The notes under the pieces: model-generated
Database searches by the model: none
Seen by the model: only the letters and a program-made list of their open reading frames with translations
Told to the model about the DNA's origin: nothing
Translations under genes and position numbers: made by a program
Source: Candidatus Omnitrophota bacterium
GTDB taxonomy: Bacteria; Omnitrophota; Gorgyraeia; JACQQV01
Direction of reading: 5' to 3'
DNA length: 64,000 nt
NCBI GenBank assembly: GCA_016206785.1
Contig: JACQQV010000046.1
Coordinates: 19,512-83,511, forward strand
In this document: in pieces, positions 35,601 through 44,712 of the stretch
Numbering within the stretch: position 1 is the first letter of the stretch
How the letters are laid out: each line of letters begins with the position of its first letter

Positions 35601-38600
35601 GGCACCGAATTTCTCCAGAGGATTGACCGTTTCTTCGCCCCCCCTCGGCTCAAATGCTTCCGGAAGATGCTCTGCCGTCAGAATCGGTTCATAGTCGGAC
35701 ACCCGGTCGCGGGGGATCTTCGGGTCGTTTTCAGGAAGTTCTTTGAAAAGGGTCTGGCGGTAATCCGTTTCGGAAACGCCCTCTAAGGCGGTCCTCTTTA
35801 AATCGAGCGCTTCATGGGTCCATAGGCCATTCTCAAATTTCCAGCGGGGGTCTTTCTCTCCATTCCGATATCGCCACGCACCGCTATCGATATGGAGCCG
35901 GTATGCGTCCCGCCATTTTTCAAGAAGGGCGATCCGTTCGTGGTCCTGGTCATCCCTGAATTTTGCCTTCTCCTCTGCAAGCTCCGCTTCCACCAACGCC
36001 TTCCCGGTCTCAAGCATCTCCACCGGAAAATCATCACCCGTTGACTTTTTCTCGTCGGGCAGGGCATCCACCATCTCCTGCATCAGGGTAAAGATTGTAT
36101 CGGGACTGTAGATAAAAAGGAAAGGAACAGAAACCGCTTTCCGGCTCAAACCGAACTTTGCCGCACCCGGAAGTGCCATTCCCCAATCATCCCACGCCGG
36201 TTTCCCCCGAACAGGAGAACCGATCAGGGAGAAGGGCGTCGCATGCGTGAGATTCCGGTTTGCCATGAGCGTCAGGGGATCGGCAGAAGGTTGTCCTCCC
36301 CCAAGGGCGATCCACCGTAAAAACGGACTCAGGGTGGAGAGAGGGTCTACTATAAGATAGCCGTGGGCACTCGATTCTGAGCCGTCGATTCCTCTGATCC
36401 GGACCGGCGGAAAAAGCGCCTTCGGGTCCCGTGGAACAATCCGAATCATCTCCTCTTCCTTAAATTCTTCATAAAGACCGTGCGTGTGCGCTTTAAGCGG
36501 ATTCAGGGTGCCGAGGTAACTTGAATCGACTACGTTCCGTCCCATATGGGAGATCGCGGGGAGAGAAAAACTCTTTTCGACTTTAAGTTTCCGTGTATCT
36601 GGATCAAACCGGAGAGAGACGATTTCATTCGTATGGAGCGCCGAATCAATAAAAGCCTGCTTGTCCGCGTAGAACTTGTAACCGAGCCACGCCTCGCTCA
36701 CTTCAAGCGGAAGCTCGGGCGTCCCTTTCAGGGTTATTTCATGCTCCGTATGCACCAGCGTCATTTTGATATGCCGCAGCCGGTTGTTCCGTCCGATGTC
36801 GCTGTTTTGATAGACGCCGCTTTCGATTTCCGTTCCCCGGCCGACAGTCGTGTTGACCACTCTTGCGCCACTGATCCGGGCTTCCGGCCCGACCCGGGTC
36901 TGGTTCCCGGAAACCGTATAGACCCTTTTTCCGGAAAGATCTTTCCGGTCGAAGGACCAGTCGTCAAAGTTACCGGTTGTCTCCAAAACAGTATCGGATA
37001 AGACGGCGTTGTCCCCAACCAATGCTCCTGAAACAAAACTTGATTCAACAGTTGCCTGAACACCGATCTCCACGGCGTGGTCCTTTGTCGCTTGGATGTA
37101 ACTTCTTCCGATAATCCGGGCGCCCGGAAGAATTGCGACAAACCCTTCCCTCACATCGAAGACCACTTGATCGCCGACGATAGCGGCCCGTTCCAGACCG
37201 ATGATATTCCGCGGATCCCCGAGAATCTTATACCCTCCATCCCGGGCGGTGGCAAATTTTTGGTCTTCGGTCTTTGGTCTTTGGTCTATCTTTTCTCCCC
37301 CATCCCGGGCGGTTGTGGGGCCCGAGGAGCCGCGACGCCTACGAAGTGCGAGTTCATTCTTAAGAGTTTCTATTTCTCTCTCCAACAAAAATTTTGAAGA
37401 GGGTGAGGCGGTTTCGATCTGTGAAGTTAACTGGGCAATTTTGTCTTGCAGTTCCTGGGCTGTTTCTTTCCCTCTTCCTCCATCCTTGGCATGGGTTCTT
37501 TCAGTATCGTCCTCGGCGGCGCCAAAGGGTTCGATGCGAATCCCTTCAACGGACCAATCCTCACCAAATCGCGGCTTGGACCCTTTCCCTTCGACGGTCA
37601 CAACTTCCCTTGCGATGGTTGCAAGTGCCTTTGAACGCAAGCGGGCCGCTTTGACTCTCGCCTTCAGTTCTTCTGTAGGACCGGTGATCTCTGTCGCCGT
37701 TTTAAAAGGGAAGAAACCATTGAAATTTTCGCCTTCAGGAAACGTGAGATAAACGAGTTGCAACTCTATCCCCTTCTCCTCTTTTGAGAAATCTTTCAAT
37801 ATCTTCATCGATTCCTCATAAACCGCCCTATGACGCGGATGGGGATCATTGGGATCGTTTAACAAAATGATGATTTTGCCGCCCCGGCGGTACATCCCCA
37901 AAAAAGTTTTGAGGTTGCTTCTCAGTTGCGTCGCAGCCTGCCGGACGATTTCCTCATCAGGCATTTCCGGGTTTTGGCGAAGGATATCCGTGCCGATAAG
38001 GTTTGGGGGATCGGTTCCCAACCATCGTGCTGCATTTTTTTCTTCTTTTTCTCTTATTTCAGCCTTCCTCAACCGCTTTGTGGACAAGGGGATCGTTTCA
38101 TCCTCGTCTATCTCTGGCATATAAGCCCCGGATCCTGTCGATAGAATCCAGCTCTGAACATCCATTCCATATTTCTTAGACAGATACACCAGGGCTCCTC
38201 CCATGATCGCAATATCATCCGGATGCGCCGCAATCACGAGGAGGGGAACCTTTCCTCTGGAAAAGGTCTTGAACGACTCACGCCCCCACACCATTTCTCT
38301 GGATGAAAAAAGAGGCTTACCCCCTTTGAGAGTCACGGTGACATAGATTTCAGCATGAGGATGCTTTAACCCAAACTCCAGGGCATGCGCTGTGTCCGCA
38401 TTTCTCGCCATCAAATGATAGGGGAGGCGGCTATGCTGGCTGAGGTGCGCCTTGATCGCTTTCTCTTTGATCGCCGCGACCTCGTTGGTGAAAGGAACGA
38501 CCAGATTAAACCGACCTTGAACCTCAAGAGATTTGTAAAAAATGAAAATGGCCGACCGCCCCTGCGACCCCAGGACTTGTTCAACGTTGTCCCGTAGGAT

Positions 38601-40673
38601 CAGGTCATGCAAAGGTAAAAATACAAAATCGGGACGAAACTTGCGCAGATTTTTCCGAAGGGCCTTGAGGGCCTCCTCGTTCCTGTCCACAGTCATCCGG
38701 ATGATGGTGTTTCCTCTCTGTTCAAAAGCACCGATAAGGTTTCCTGCATAGAAATCAGGATCCCATGCTTTCAACTGGACAACAGCCACTTTTTTATCTT
38801 GAGGAATCGAGAATTGATGAACCCCTTCCACCTCCCGATCACCCAGAAGCACCTTCAGGTTTTCTTCCAACATCCTTCTCACACGACTTACGGTTAATTC
38901 CTTCTCCCCTCCCTCTTTGGCATACTTCTGTCCCAGCTGTCTCCCCTGCCCATCCTGGGCTGCTCCTCTTTCTAAATCACCCTTCAAGAAGCGCGGGACA
39001 CCCCGTTCGAGGGCGGGGAGCTGGCGAAGGTTTTCATCGGCAGGCGTGGCAGGCTTTGCCTTTTCTTTCAGGATCTCGTGATAAAGTTCAAGGTTTGAAG
39101 GCTGCGTAATTTTAGGAGCGATGACCATGTAGGAATAGTTCTGCTCCCTTAGAAGTCTCGTGATCTGAGCCGTATGAAAACCTCCTGCAATAAGGACCAC
39201 CACATCGACATGTTCCCCATTCATCTTTGAGATGGCATTTTCCACGAGGGCATTATCCCGCTTCATCCCGGTTTCATAAAAAGACTCCAGAAGGGCGAGA
39301 TGATTGTCAATGGGAGAGGTGTCTTCCGGGAAAGAAAGGGTGAGTTTATACTGCTGCATTTTCCCGACGAGAAATTTCTTCCACCCCTTAATGGGGAAGC
39401 CTTGACGATCTTGCTGATACGCATGAAGGTCTTCGGGAGAGAGATTTAATTCCAGAAAATTGAGGAGGATGTCCAGTCTATCGGAGATTTCAGAAAGGGT
39501 TCGTTCGTCATTCGATGTATACAAACGCCCCTTGATCTCTTTTTCAAGGATCTTTCCCTCTCGAAAAAGTTCTACATGGTCGCGGTCTGCATACAGAAGG
39601 ATATAGTCGATATAGAGGTCAAGATCCTGATGGCTTCCTTTGGCCGGGTCTTTCTGCTTCAGGATCTCTTTTAAGAAACCGTAATACTCTTTGGGCCCCG
39701 CTTCATTGAGTTTGTATTTGAGCCCCTTCTCTGCCAAGGAGGTGAGTTCTCCTTTTGAAAGGACCTGCGTCAGTTTTCCAATCAAGGCCTGATGCTGGCC
39801 GTCTACCTTCTGGAAGTCGATTTTCTTCTCTAAGACCGAGGCCTCGAGGAAATTCTTGAAGTTGGGATAGCGGGAAAGATCGACCTTTTCGCTAAGGGCC
39901 ACTCCTCCTAAATACTGGTAGTACTCAACCGCCTGCCCCTTCCCTTCCTCATACGCATATTTCTCACGCTCAAGTTCCTTGAGCCTCGGAGAAAAGAGGT
40001 TCACTTTGAGTGTCTCGACGATCGCCTTGACCGACCGTGCCACCTTAAGGGCTTTTTCTTTAAAGGCATCCACCTTAAAGAAAATATCGAGATTTTTGTC
40101 ATAGAGCTCTTCATCTTCAATCCCCCAGAGGGTGATCGGGTTATCCGATGTGATATCGAGATACTCCTCCCCTGAGATCTTTCCCGCCTTGAGGTATTTC
40201 TCAGCCACTTCAAGGCGCTTTTCTTTACTCGCTTCGGACCTTAGGAACGAAAGACTGGTATCTCCGCTTCCTCCTTCCACCAAGATGAGGCGGAGTCCGT
40301 TTTGTTTGATCAGTTTGTCGAGGATGTTGGCGAGGTTCTTTTGGGCTTCGTAATGAACATGGACATCTTGGATATGGATGACAAGGGGTTTTGGATTTCC
40401 CTGGTAGGTTTCGGAGATGCGGCCATATTCAGGGGGGACCTGAACCGCCTGGACCAGTGTTTTGGGGCGATCCCCCAGAAGACTTAAAGGATCGAGGGCG
40501 GGCTTGGGTGAACCTCTGTTTTCTTCCGGCTTAAATTCTAAATCTTGGGTCTCTCGTTCTTGCTCTTTCTTTTCTTCAACGGACCGGAAGATGCTCCGCT
40601 GGGCGTGGGAGGAAGGAACGATTGAAAAAAGAAAGCATGCCCCTAAGAAAAGGAGGAGGAGTTTCCGTGCCAT
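32628..40673 (-). CDS. giant (2681 aa) secreted multi-domain protein. Domains in order: N-terminal domain paralogous to the 41741..43327 product, a PIG-L/LmbE-like deacetylase, a coiled-coil linker, two left-handed beta-helix (hexapeptide) regions, a PP2C-like phosphatase and an unassigned C-terminal region.
   Basis: This is an uninterrupted 8-kb ORF. The signal peptide is MARKLLLLFLGACFLFSIVPSSHAQ. The PIG-L motifs are VIAAHPDD...NDPHPRH (about 37830..38260). The hexapeptide runs are IGNQVEIEEGAVIGPGVILEGKTVIRKGAKIF and IVGDQVVFDVREGFVAILPGARIIG. The PP2C-like motifs are IDGHYDEEAAHL, FGRGDAWLMIAD and LLGDDGVAYDL (about 33790..34560). The N-terminal 570 aa matches the paralogue (IHIQDVHVHYEAQKNLANIL against IHIQDAHVHYEAQKNLASIL). 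Confidence 0.8.
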   Translation of the reverse strand: MARKLLLLFLGACFLFSIVPSSHAQRSIFRSVEEKKEQERETQDLEFKPEENRGSPKPALDPLSLLGDRPKTLVQAVQVPPEYGRISETYQGNPKPLVIHIQDVHVHYEAQKNLANILDKLIKQNGLRLILVEGGSGDTSLSFLRSEASKEKRLEVAEKYLKAGKISGEEYLDITSDNPITLWGIEDEELYDKNLDIFFKVDAFKEKALKVARSVKAIVETLKVNLFSPRLKELEREKYAYEEGKGQAVEYYQYLGGVALSEKVDLSRYPNFKNFLEASVLEKKIDFQKVDGQHQALIGKLTQVLSKGELTSLAEKGLKYKLNEAGPKEYYGFLKEILKQKDPAKGSHQDLDLYIDYILLYADRDHVELFREGKILEKEIKGRLYTSNDERTLSEISDRLDILLNFLELNLSPEDLHAYQQDRQGFPIKGWKKFLVGKMQQYKLTLSFPEDTSPIDNHLALLESFYETGMKRDNALVENAISKMNGEHVDVVVLIAGGFHTAQITRLLREQNYSYMVIAPKITQPSNLELYHEILKEKAKPATPADENLRQLPALERGVPRFLKGDLERGAAQDGQGRQLGQKYAKEGGEKELTVSRVRRMLEENLKVLLGDREVEGVHQFSIPQDKKVAVVQLKAWDPDFYAGNLIGAFEQRGNTIIRMTVDRNEEALKALRKNLRKFRPDFVFLPLHDLILRDNVEQVLGSQGRSAIFIFYKSLEVQGRFNLVVPFTNEVAAIKEKAIKAHLSQHSRLPYHLMARNADTAHALEFGLKHPHAEIYVTVTLKGGKPLFSSREMVWGRESFKTFSRGKVPLLVIAAHPDDIAIMGGALVYLSKKYGMDVQSWILSTGSGAYMPEIDEDETIPLSTKRLRKAEIREKEEKNAARWLGTDPPNLIGTDILRQNPEMPDEEIVRQAATQLRSNLKTFLGMYRRGGKIIILLNDPNDPHPRHRAVYEESMKILKDFSKEEKGIELQLVYLTFPEGENFNGFFPFKTATEITGPTEELKARVKAARLRSKALATIAREVVTVEGKGSKPRFGEDWSVEGIRIEPFGAAEDDTERTHAKDGGRGKETAQELQDKIAQLTSQIETASPSSKFLLEREIETLKNELALRRRRGSSGPTTARDGGEKIDQRPKTEDQKFATARDGGYKILGDPRNIIGLERAAIVGDQVVFDVREGFVAILPGARIIGRSYIQATKDHAVEIGVQATVESSFVSGALVGDNAVLSDTVLETTGNFDDWSFDRKDLSGKRVYTVSGNQTRVGPEARISGARVVNTTVGRGTEIESGVYQNSDIGRNNRLRHIKMTLVHTEHEITLKGTPELPLEVSEAWLGYKFYADKQAFIDSALHTNEIVSLRFDPDTRKLKVEKSFSLPAISHMGRNVVDSSYLGTLNPLKAHTHGLYEEFKEEEMIRIVPRDPKALFPPVRIRGIDGSESSAHGYLIVDPLSTLSPFLRWIALGGGQPSADPLTLMANRNLTHATPFSLIGSPVRGKPAWDDWGMALPGAAKFGLSRKAVSVPFLFIYSPDTIFTLMQEMVDALPDEKKSTGDDFPVEMLETGKALVEAELAEEKAKFRDDQDHERIALLEKWRDAYRLHIDSGAWRYRNGEKDPRWKFENGLWTHEALDLKRTALEGVSETDYRQTLFKELPENDPKIPRDRVSDYEPILTAEHLPEAFEPRGGEETVNPLEKFGAIADIDPTAVIGNQVEIEEGAVIGPGVILEGKTVIRKGAKIFGSHLIDTTVGEETFVWGSGIQYARIGRRARLVRMFIDSTEGNISDIGNGVRLSMGRVQNTFIGDETEGSLFLAKLSNIGKYHLLEPYATVLSSHFDDSTPGVNRGIGSLHVNVFVSGLYTNHHLAGRALNVVARPITFRAKGKTIEVANAPNWGGGSTVVPDRPDSSGRIILETTFVGTNTIFEVEDGEETYLGFGSIVAQRVKAGEHLIHFTQKLGPGPQNDIIGGVLLRPDLVLRHILSKTKSATKNPLDVDLLMEAKIQEALEQVHEELTMVRAGQTHHPVLGYPFHSEEQLKRGIDIFEDNLDGRWRMENHKFVNGFWLFKDGRYSWNVEYEAGEKEAVSGGKVSYVADIGTGREGQESRTLVHPVRVGNIEGDLIAVIDGHYDEEAAHLIKRKLPSIFENALREKGENFRDVYETTDRALLALVEKMDSGALVAVAFIRKVGDERRVSGFGRGDAWLMIADQGEIRLTTPEQNPALDEEGRNIALAKGAVYHEGSQDFGRAARVGPYWRFTNSYGDRRMRPYLREEAWFLEGELPLGDQSTVLLGDDGVAYDLKGKRQWLAENIAGWAGRGEPANAILNRRNDQLSKEAEVKSHREWNDNRVLIVHQPETIAVRDGAERYVARDPEWLMAQGKYADRTPSEELKRNAKPKFHLYHSSLLREDLGESFSLALDHLADATGNPRDNRKSLFKNTLIIDDSSVTSGEIDAYLAKHALRPEQFSVIVTQGMLFEKLRIKGTDEEIAEFLRISPENLEYRLRAYGKTREQILVEMKEEASMWYGSAIRSRYYAKTLEDLLWEKFADQNIDFPLLESPDVVVIASRDNINLWKGSGVVSMPNPRMQTGLALVESKTPGAKPKIQSKVRMVVFDPSFNWSSDSATPNALNLASFLVNVAAEVSVVQHTWQARGNLGELAQFLKMEGNMIQAAPIPIGSEYRKAYETYLNSV

Positions 40674-40704
40674 GTTTTCTCACCACCCATCCTTCTGGAG
40701 AACC

Positions 40705-41718
40705 TTACAAGCCAGCCAAGGTGTTCCGGAGTTCGAGAAGCGTGTTCCTCGCTTGTTCAGAGACATTGATCGAAGGATTGACAAAGTCAGGACCCTCTTC
40801 AAGTTTGGCTAACAGCGCTTTCTCCAGGGCATCGACACCGGCTAGCTCTTCTTTAAAAGGAAGATCGAAGACAAACGCGACCAGCGATGTTATCGTTTTA
40901 AATGCTTCAGCCACCTCTTTCCTCGCAAAAATCTTTGTCAGTGGATGACCACCCGTGCGTTCTTTGACATAGTCATGGGTGCCGCCGGCATAACTCAAAA
41001 GTTCCGGAGGAACGACGATTCCAAAGTCATCCGGGTTCAGATCTACTTCTTCCCCCGTGTGGCGACTGGCGAAGACGTTAAGCGCCTGAATCGCATCGTC
41101 AATATTCTGGGAATCGATCCCAGCGAGGAGTGGAGTTTCTTCCCTCATCGCGTAAGGAAGGAGAACGGATACGAGACCACTTCCCACCTTTCCAAAGGTA
41201 GGATTCCGCCGAATATGCCGCCAATAGTTGACATAGGCATCCGGATTATAGGCAAAATAGGCGAGGTCAAATCCAACGACCTCTGGGGCCTCCTGGGCTT
41301 GCACCTGATTCAGAATAATCCTTGAAAGGGGGCCTTTGAAGGTAGGAAAAATCTCCTGACCAACGGAAAGCCTCTCGATTTCTGTATCAATGGCAGCCAC
41401 TGCTCCTTCAAGATGCGTTGCGAGTCCCACATTTCCTGCTTCTCTGCGAATTGGGAGCTCCTCTGCCAGCTTTCTCTTCTCCCTTTCAAGTAAAGCGATC
41501 TTGACTGCAAGATTCACTCCTCTTTCTCCACCATCTGTGGAGGTGAGGTCATCCTTCAATCCCTTCATCATGCCGGGGTTCTCTTCTGCCATCGAGGGAC
41601 GAAACGTCTCCTGCGTGAGGGCATACCCCCAGGCGGGGAGAATCGCCGTCAGCGTAAAGCATACGCCGATAAAAAATGACGCTCTTCTTTGAATTCCTTT
41701 CTGTGCGTTCTCTTTCAT
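40705..41718 (-). CDS. secreted protein of unknown function (337 aa), middle gene of the giant-protein operon
   Basis: The N-terminal signal/anchor is RRASFFIGVCFTLTAILPAWGYA. It lies 22 nt after the upstream gene and 31 nt before the giant gene. No motif was recognised. Confidence 0.5.
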   Translation of the reverse strand: MKENAQKGIQRRASFFIGVCFTLTAILPAWGYALTQETFRPSMAEENPGMMKGLKDDLTSTDGGERGVNLAVKIALLEREKRKLAEELPIRREAGNVGLATHLEGAVAAIDTEIERLSVGQEIFPTFKGPLSRIILNQVQAQEAPEVVGFDLAYFAYNPDAYVNYWRHIRRNPTFGKVGSGLVSVLLPYAMREETPLLAGIDSQNIDDAIQALNVFASRHTGEEVDLNPDDFGIVVPPELLSYAGGTHDYVKERTGGHPLTKIFARKEVAEAFKTITSLVAFVFDLPFKEELAGVDALEKALLAKLEEGPDFVNPSINVSEQARNTLLELRNTLAGL

Positions 41719-41740
41719 CTAAAACCCTCCTTTAAGGTTT

Positions 41741-43327
41741 TTATTCAACCAATCCTTCCGATCTTTGTCTGACCACAGAGTAGTAAAGTTCCGGATTCCC
41801 GGCTTCCGTAATCCTCGGGGAGATCACGATGTAAGAAGTCTTTTTATCCTTGAGAATCTGGGTAAGCCCCGGCGTATGAAATCCACCCGTGATGAGTACG
41901 GCAAACCGGACATGCTCCTTGTCCATCTGTTTGAGAGAATTCTCGACAAAGGCGATATCACGCTCCTGTGCGACGTCGTAAAAATGATCCAATGCCTTCA
42001 TATGGCTGTCGATCTCCGCGGAGCCTTCCGGAAGGGATACGGCGAGACGGTGTTCAACGCTTTTTATCTCAAGGAAAGGTAGAAAGGTTTTTACGGAAAA
42101 GCGAAGGCGGTTCTCGTGATACGTGGTATAGTCATCCGGTGAGATTTTTAGCTGAAGAAGATTGGATAAGAGTTTCAGGTGTTTTGCGATAGAGACCAGT
42201 TGCCGTTCATCCTCGGAGCGGACAAGTGTCTCACGAATCGCCTCTTCCAAGCGGTCCCCCTCTTTGAAAAGTTCCGAGTGATGAATGTCGCTATAGAGGG
42301 AAAGATAAGTGACGTACTTTTCAAGATTCTGCGCCTCTTTGAGGGATACCTCCTTTTGAGTCGCCAAGGTCTTGAGCGCTTCATAATACTCTTTCTGAGA
42401 AAGGGTTCCTTCTTTAAAGGCGAGACTTTGATCGACAAAGGATTCCATCTCGAGGTCACTGAGCTTTTCCGTCAAGGTCTTCATGATCGCGTCCCGCTCA
42501 TCATCCACCTTCTCAAAATCGATCTCTTTCTCGATAGCGGAAGCCTTGAGGAGCCGCTCGACATTCGGAGTCCCTTCCGGCGATTTAAGGGAAGCGAGAT
42601 ATTGGTAATACTCCACCAGTTCCATCTGTTCGGCATCATACGCCTCGCGCTTCCTTTCCAGCTCCCGGAGTGAAGGGTTGTAGATATTCTGTTTTAAGGT
42701 CTCAACGACCCGACGGATCCCCTCGACATTCTCGAGGGCGTTCTTCTTAAACTTCTCCACTTCCATAAAGGTGCGGAAATTCTCTTTGTAAAGTTCGGGG
42801 TCTTCGATCCCCTGCCGGATCATCGGATAATCGCTCACCAGTTCCAGATATTCGTCTCCAGACAAGAGTCCTTTCTTAAGATACCGTTCCGCCACCTCCT
42901 CGCGCGCCTTTTTCGAAGCGAGTTTTCGAAAAGAGGAGAGTTCTCCCCGGCGCTTTCCCCCTTCGACGAGAACCAGTTTCAATTGATTATTTCGGATGAG
43001 AGACTCCAGAATTGAGGCGAGATTTTTCTGCGCTTCATAGTGAACATGGGCATCCTGAATATGGATGATCGTTTTGTCCGAGTTTCCCTCATAGGCATCG
43101 ATGATTCTTCCATGCTGTTCGGGAATCTGGAGGGCGTTAAAAAGGACGGGTCTTGGGAGATGAAGCGCCGAAGGAGGAGCTTCAACCTTTGCAACCTCTT
43201 CAGTCTTCTTGACCTGTTGAAAAATGCTTCGTGAAGGTGGCTCCGCCCATACGGTCGATACAATCCCTAACAAGACGATAAGTAATTTTTGAATCACATG
43301 GCGGGTCCTGTCTCGGCGCTTTCCCAT
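41741..43327 (-). CDS. secreted protein (~530 aa) paralogous to the N-terminal domain of the giant protein; function unknown
   Basis: The start was trimmed to MGKRRDRTRHVIQKLLIVLLGIVSTVWA (signal peptide). It is collinear with giant-protein residues ~60-570. Shared blocks are IHIQDAHVHYEAQKNLASIL, LVLVEGG and VLITGGFHTPGLTQIL (against VVLIAGGFHTAQITRLL). Confidence 0.6.
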   Translation of the reverse strand: MGKRRDRTRHVIQKLLIVLLGIVSTVWAEPPSRSIFQQVKKTEEVAKVEAPPSALHLPRPVLFNALQIPEQHGRIIDAYEGNSDKTIIHIQDAHVHYEAQKNLASILESLIRNNQLKLVLVEGGKRRGELSSFRKLASKKAREEVAERYLKKGLLSGDEYLELVSDYPMIRQGIEDPELYKENFRTFMEVEKFKKNALENVEGIRRVVETLKQNIYNPSLRELERKREAYDAEQMELVEYYQYLASLKSPEGTPNVERLLKASAIEKEIDFEKVDDERDAIMKTLTEKLSDLEMESFVDQSLAFKEGTLSQKEYYEALKTLATQKEVSLKEAQNLEKYVTYLSLYSDIHHSELFKEGDRLEEAIRETLVRSEDERQLVSIAKHLKLLSNLLQLKISPDDYTTYHENRLRFSVKTFLPFLEIKSVEHRLAVSLPEGSAEIDSHMKALDHFYDVAQERDIAFVENSLKQMDKEHVRFAVLITGGFHTPGLTQILKDKKTSYIVISPRITEAGNPELYYSVVRQRSEGLVE

Positions 43328-43732
43328 TCCTTCTCGCTCCACCACTCCCCCAGTGGGGCGGACGGAAAGTGCTGTGGCCCCTTCCGCTCGTCGGAATGGG
43401 AGCCCTTGCGCCTCGCCACCCGCCATCAGCATCCTATTTTCTCTTTCCTCTATTCTATAGTTCTCTCTCATTTTTTTCACGAAGAGGGTCGCGAGGTGGG
43501 TTTAGGTTGGGAAGGATGGGGGTCCAGGCCCAAACCCTATCCCACCTGCGCGTCCCAAGTGTTTATAAAAGTTCTAAAGAAAGTGGGTAAAAAAATAACC
43601 CCCGATCCTGTGACAAGTATATCATTAGGAAGAGGGATTGTCAAGGGTTATAGGAGCTATCTAAATTTTATGTAACTATAATGTTTACAATATATTAGTT
43701 TAAACTAAAATCAACATTTTGCTTCGACTAAC

Positions 43733-44704
43733 TCACTCCCCTCCTTTTTTTTGTTCTATTTCAAAGATTCCCATCTTTCGGAACTTTTCATACCGCTCTT
43801 GAAGAAGTTTCTCTTTTGAAAGTTTTTGAAGGGGAGTCAAATGTTTGAGGAGGACCTCTTTGAGGGTGGCCGCTGTCTTTTCTGCACCCCGATGGGCCCC
43901 ACCCAAAGGTTCCGGAACAACTTCATCGATGATCCCTAATTCCAAAAGATCTTTTGCCGTGAGTCTCAATGTGCTCGCCGCTTCCGGGGCACGAGAGCGG
44001 TCTTTCCAGAGAATCGCCGCGCATCCTTCAGGAGAGATCACTGAATAATAGGCATTCTCCAGGACAAAAACTTTGTCTCCAACACCAATTCCAAGAGCTC
44101 CTCCACTTCCCCCCTCTCCAATCACTGCGATAAGGATCGGGACCGGAAGATCGATCATTTCCCGTAAATTGTATGCGATCGCATGGGCCTGTCCCCTTTC
44201 TTCCGCACCGACGCCGGGATAGGCACCGGGTGTGTCTACAAAACAAAGGATGGGGCGGTTGAACTTGGCCGCAAGTTCCATGATGCGCATCGCTTTCCGG
44301 TATCCTTCGGGATGGGCGCTCCCGAAATTCCGCATGAGATTTTCCTTGGTATCGCGGCCTTTCTGATGCCCAATCACCCCTACCACTTTTCCGTCCAATT
44401 TGGCAAATCCGGTGATGATCGCCTTGTCATCTGCAAAAAGGCGGTCTCCATGAAGTTCCGTAAAGTCGGTCATCATGAGGGTGATATAGTCAAGCGTGTA
44501 AGGGCGCTTCGGATGCCTTGCCAACTGCACCCGTTGCCAAGGCGTGAGGGTTCCGTAGACCGTCAGACGGAGCTCTTCCAGTTTCTTCTCGAGGGATTTG
44601 ATCTCTCCGTCGAGACCGATCCTCCCCTTGGCGGAAAAATCCTTGAGTTCCAAGATCTGTTTCTCAAGGTCCAAAATCGGTTTTTCAAAATTAAGATCCG
44701 CCAT
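43733..44704 (-). CDS. accA: acetyl-CoA carboxylase carboxyltransferase alpha subunit
   Basis: The start is [22 protein letters not shown], typical of AccA. The CT-alpha motifs [13 protein letters not shown] are present. The longer track ORF was trimmed. Confidence 0.9.
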   Translation of the reverse strand: MADLNFEKPILDLEKQILELKDFSAKGRIGLDGEIKSLEKKLEELRLTVYGTLTPWQRVQLARHPKRPYTLDYITLMMTDFTELHGDRLFADDKAIITGFAKLDGKVVGVIGHQKGRDTKENLMRNFGSAHPEGYRKAMRIMELAAKFNRPILCFVDTPGAYPGVGAEERGQAHAIAYNLREMIDLPVPILIAVIGEGGSGGALGIGVGDKVFVLENAYYSVISPEGCAAILWKDRSRAPEAASTLRLTAKDLLELGIIDEVVPEPLGGAHRGAEKTAATLKEVLLKHLTPLQKLSKEKLLQERYEKFRKMGIFEIEQKKGGE

Positions 44705-44712
44705 CTGTTTTC

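Noticed and set aside
37263-37288. GGTCTT(T) heptamer run inside the giant gene as a slipped-strand phase-variation switch.
   Set aside because: There are only two perfect and two imperfect copies, too few for efficient slippage, and the tract is currently in frame. It is more likely a duplication remnant.
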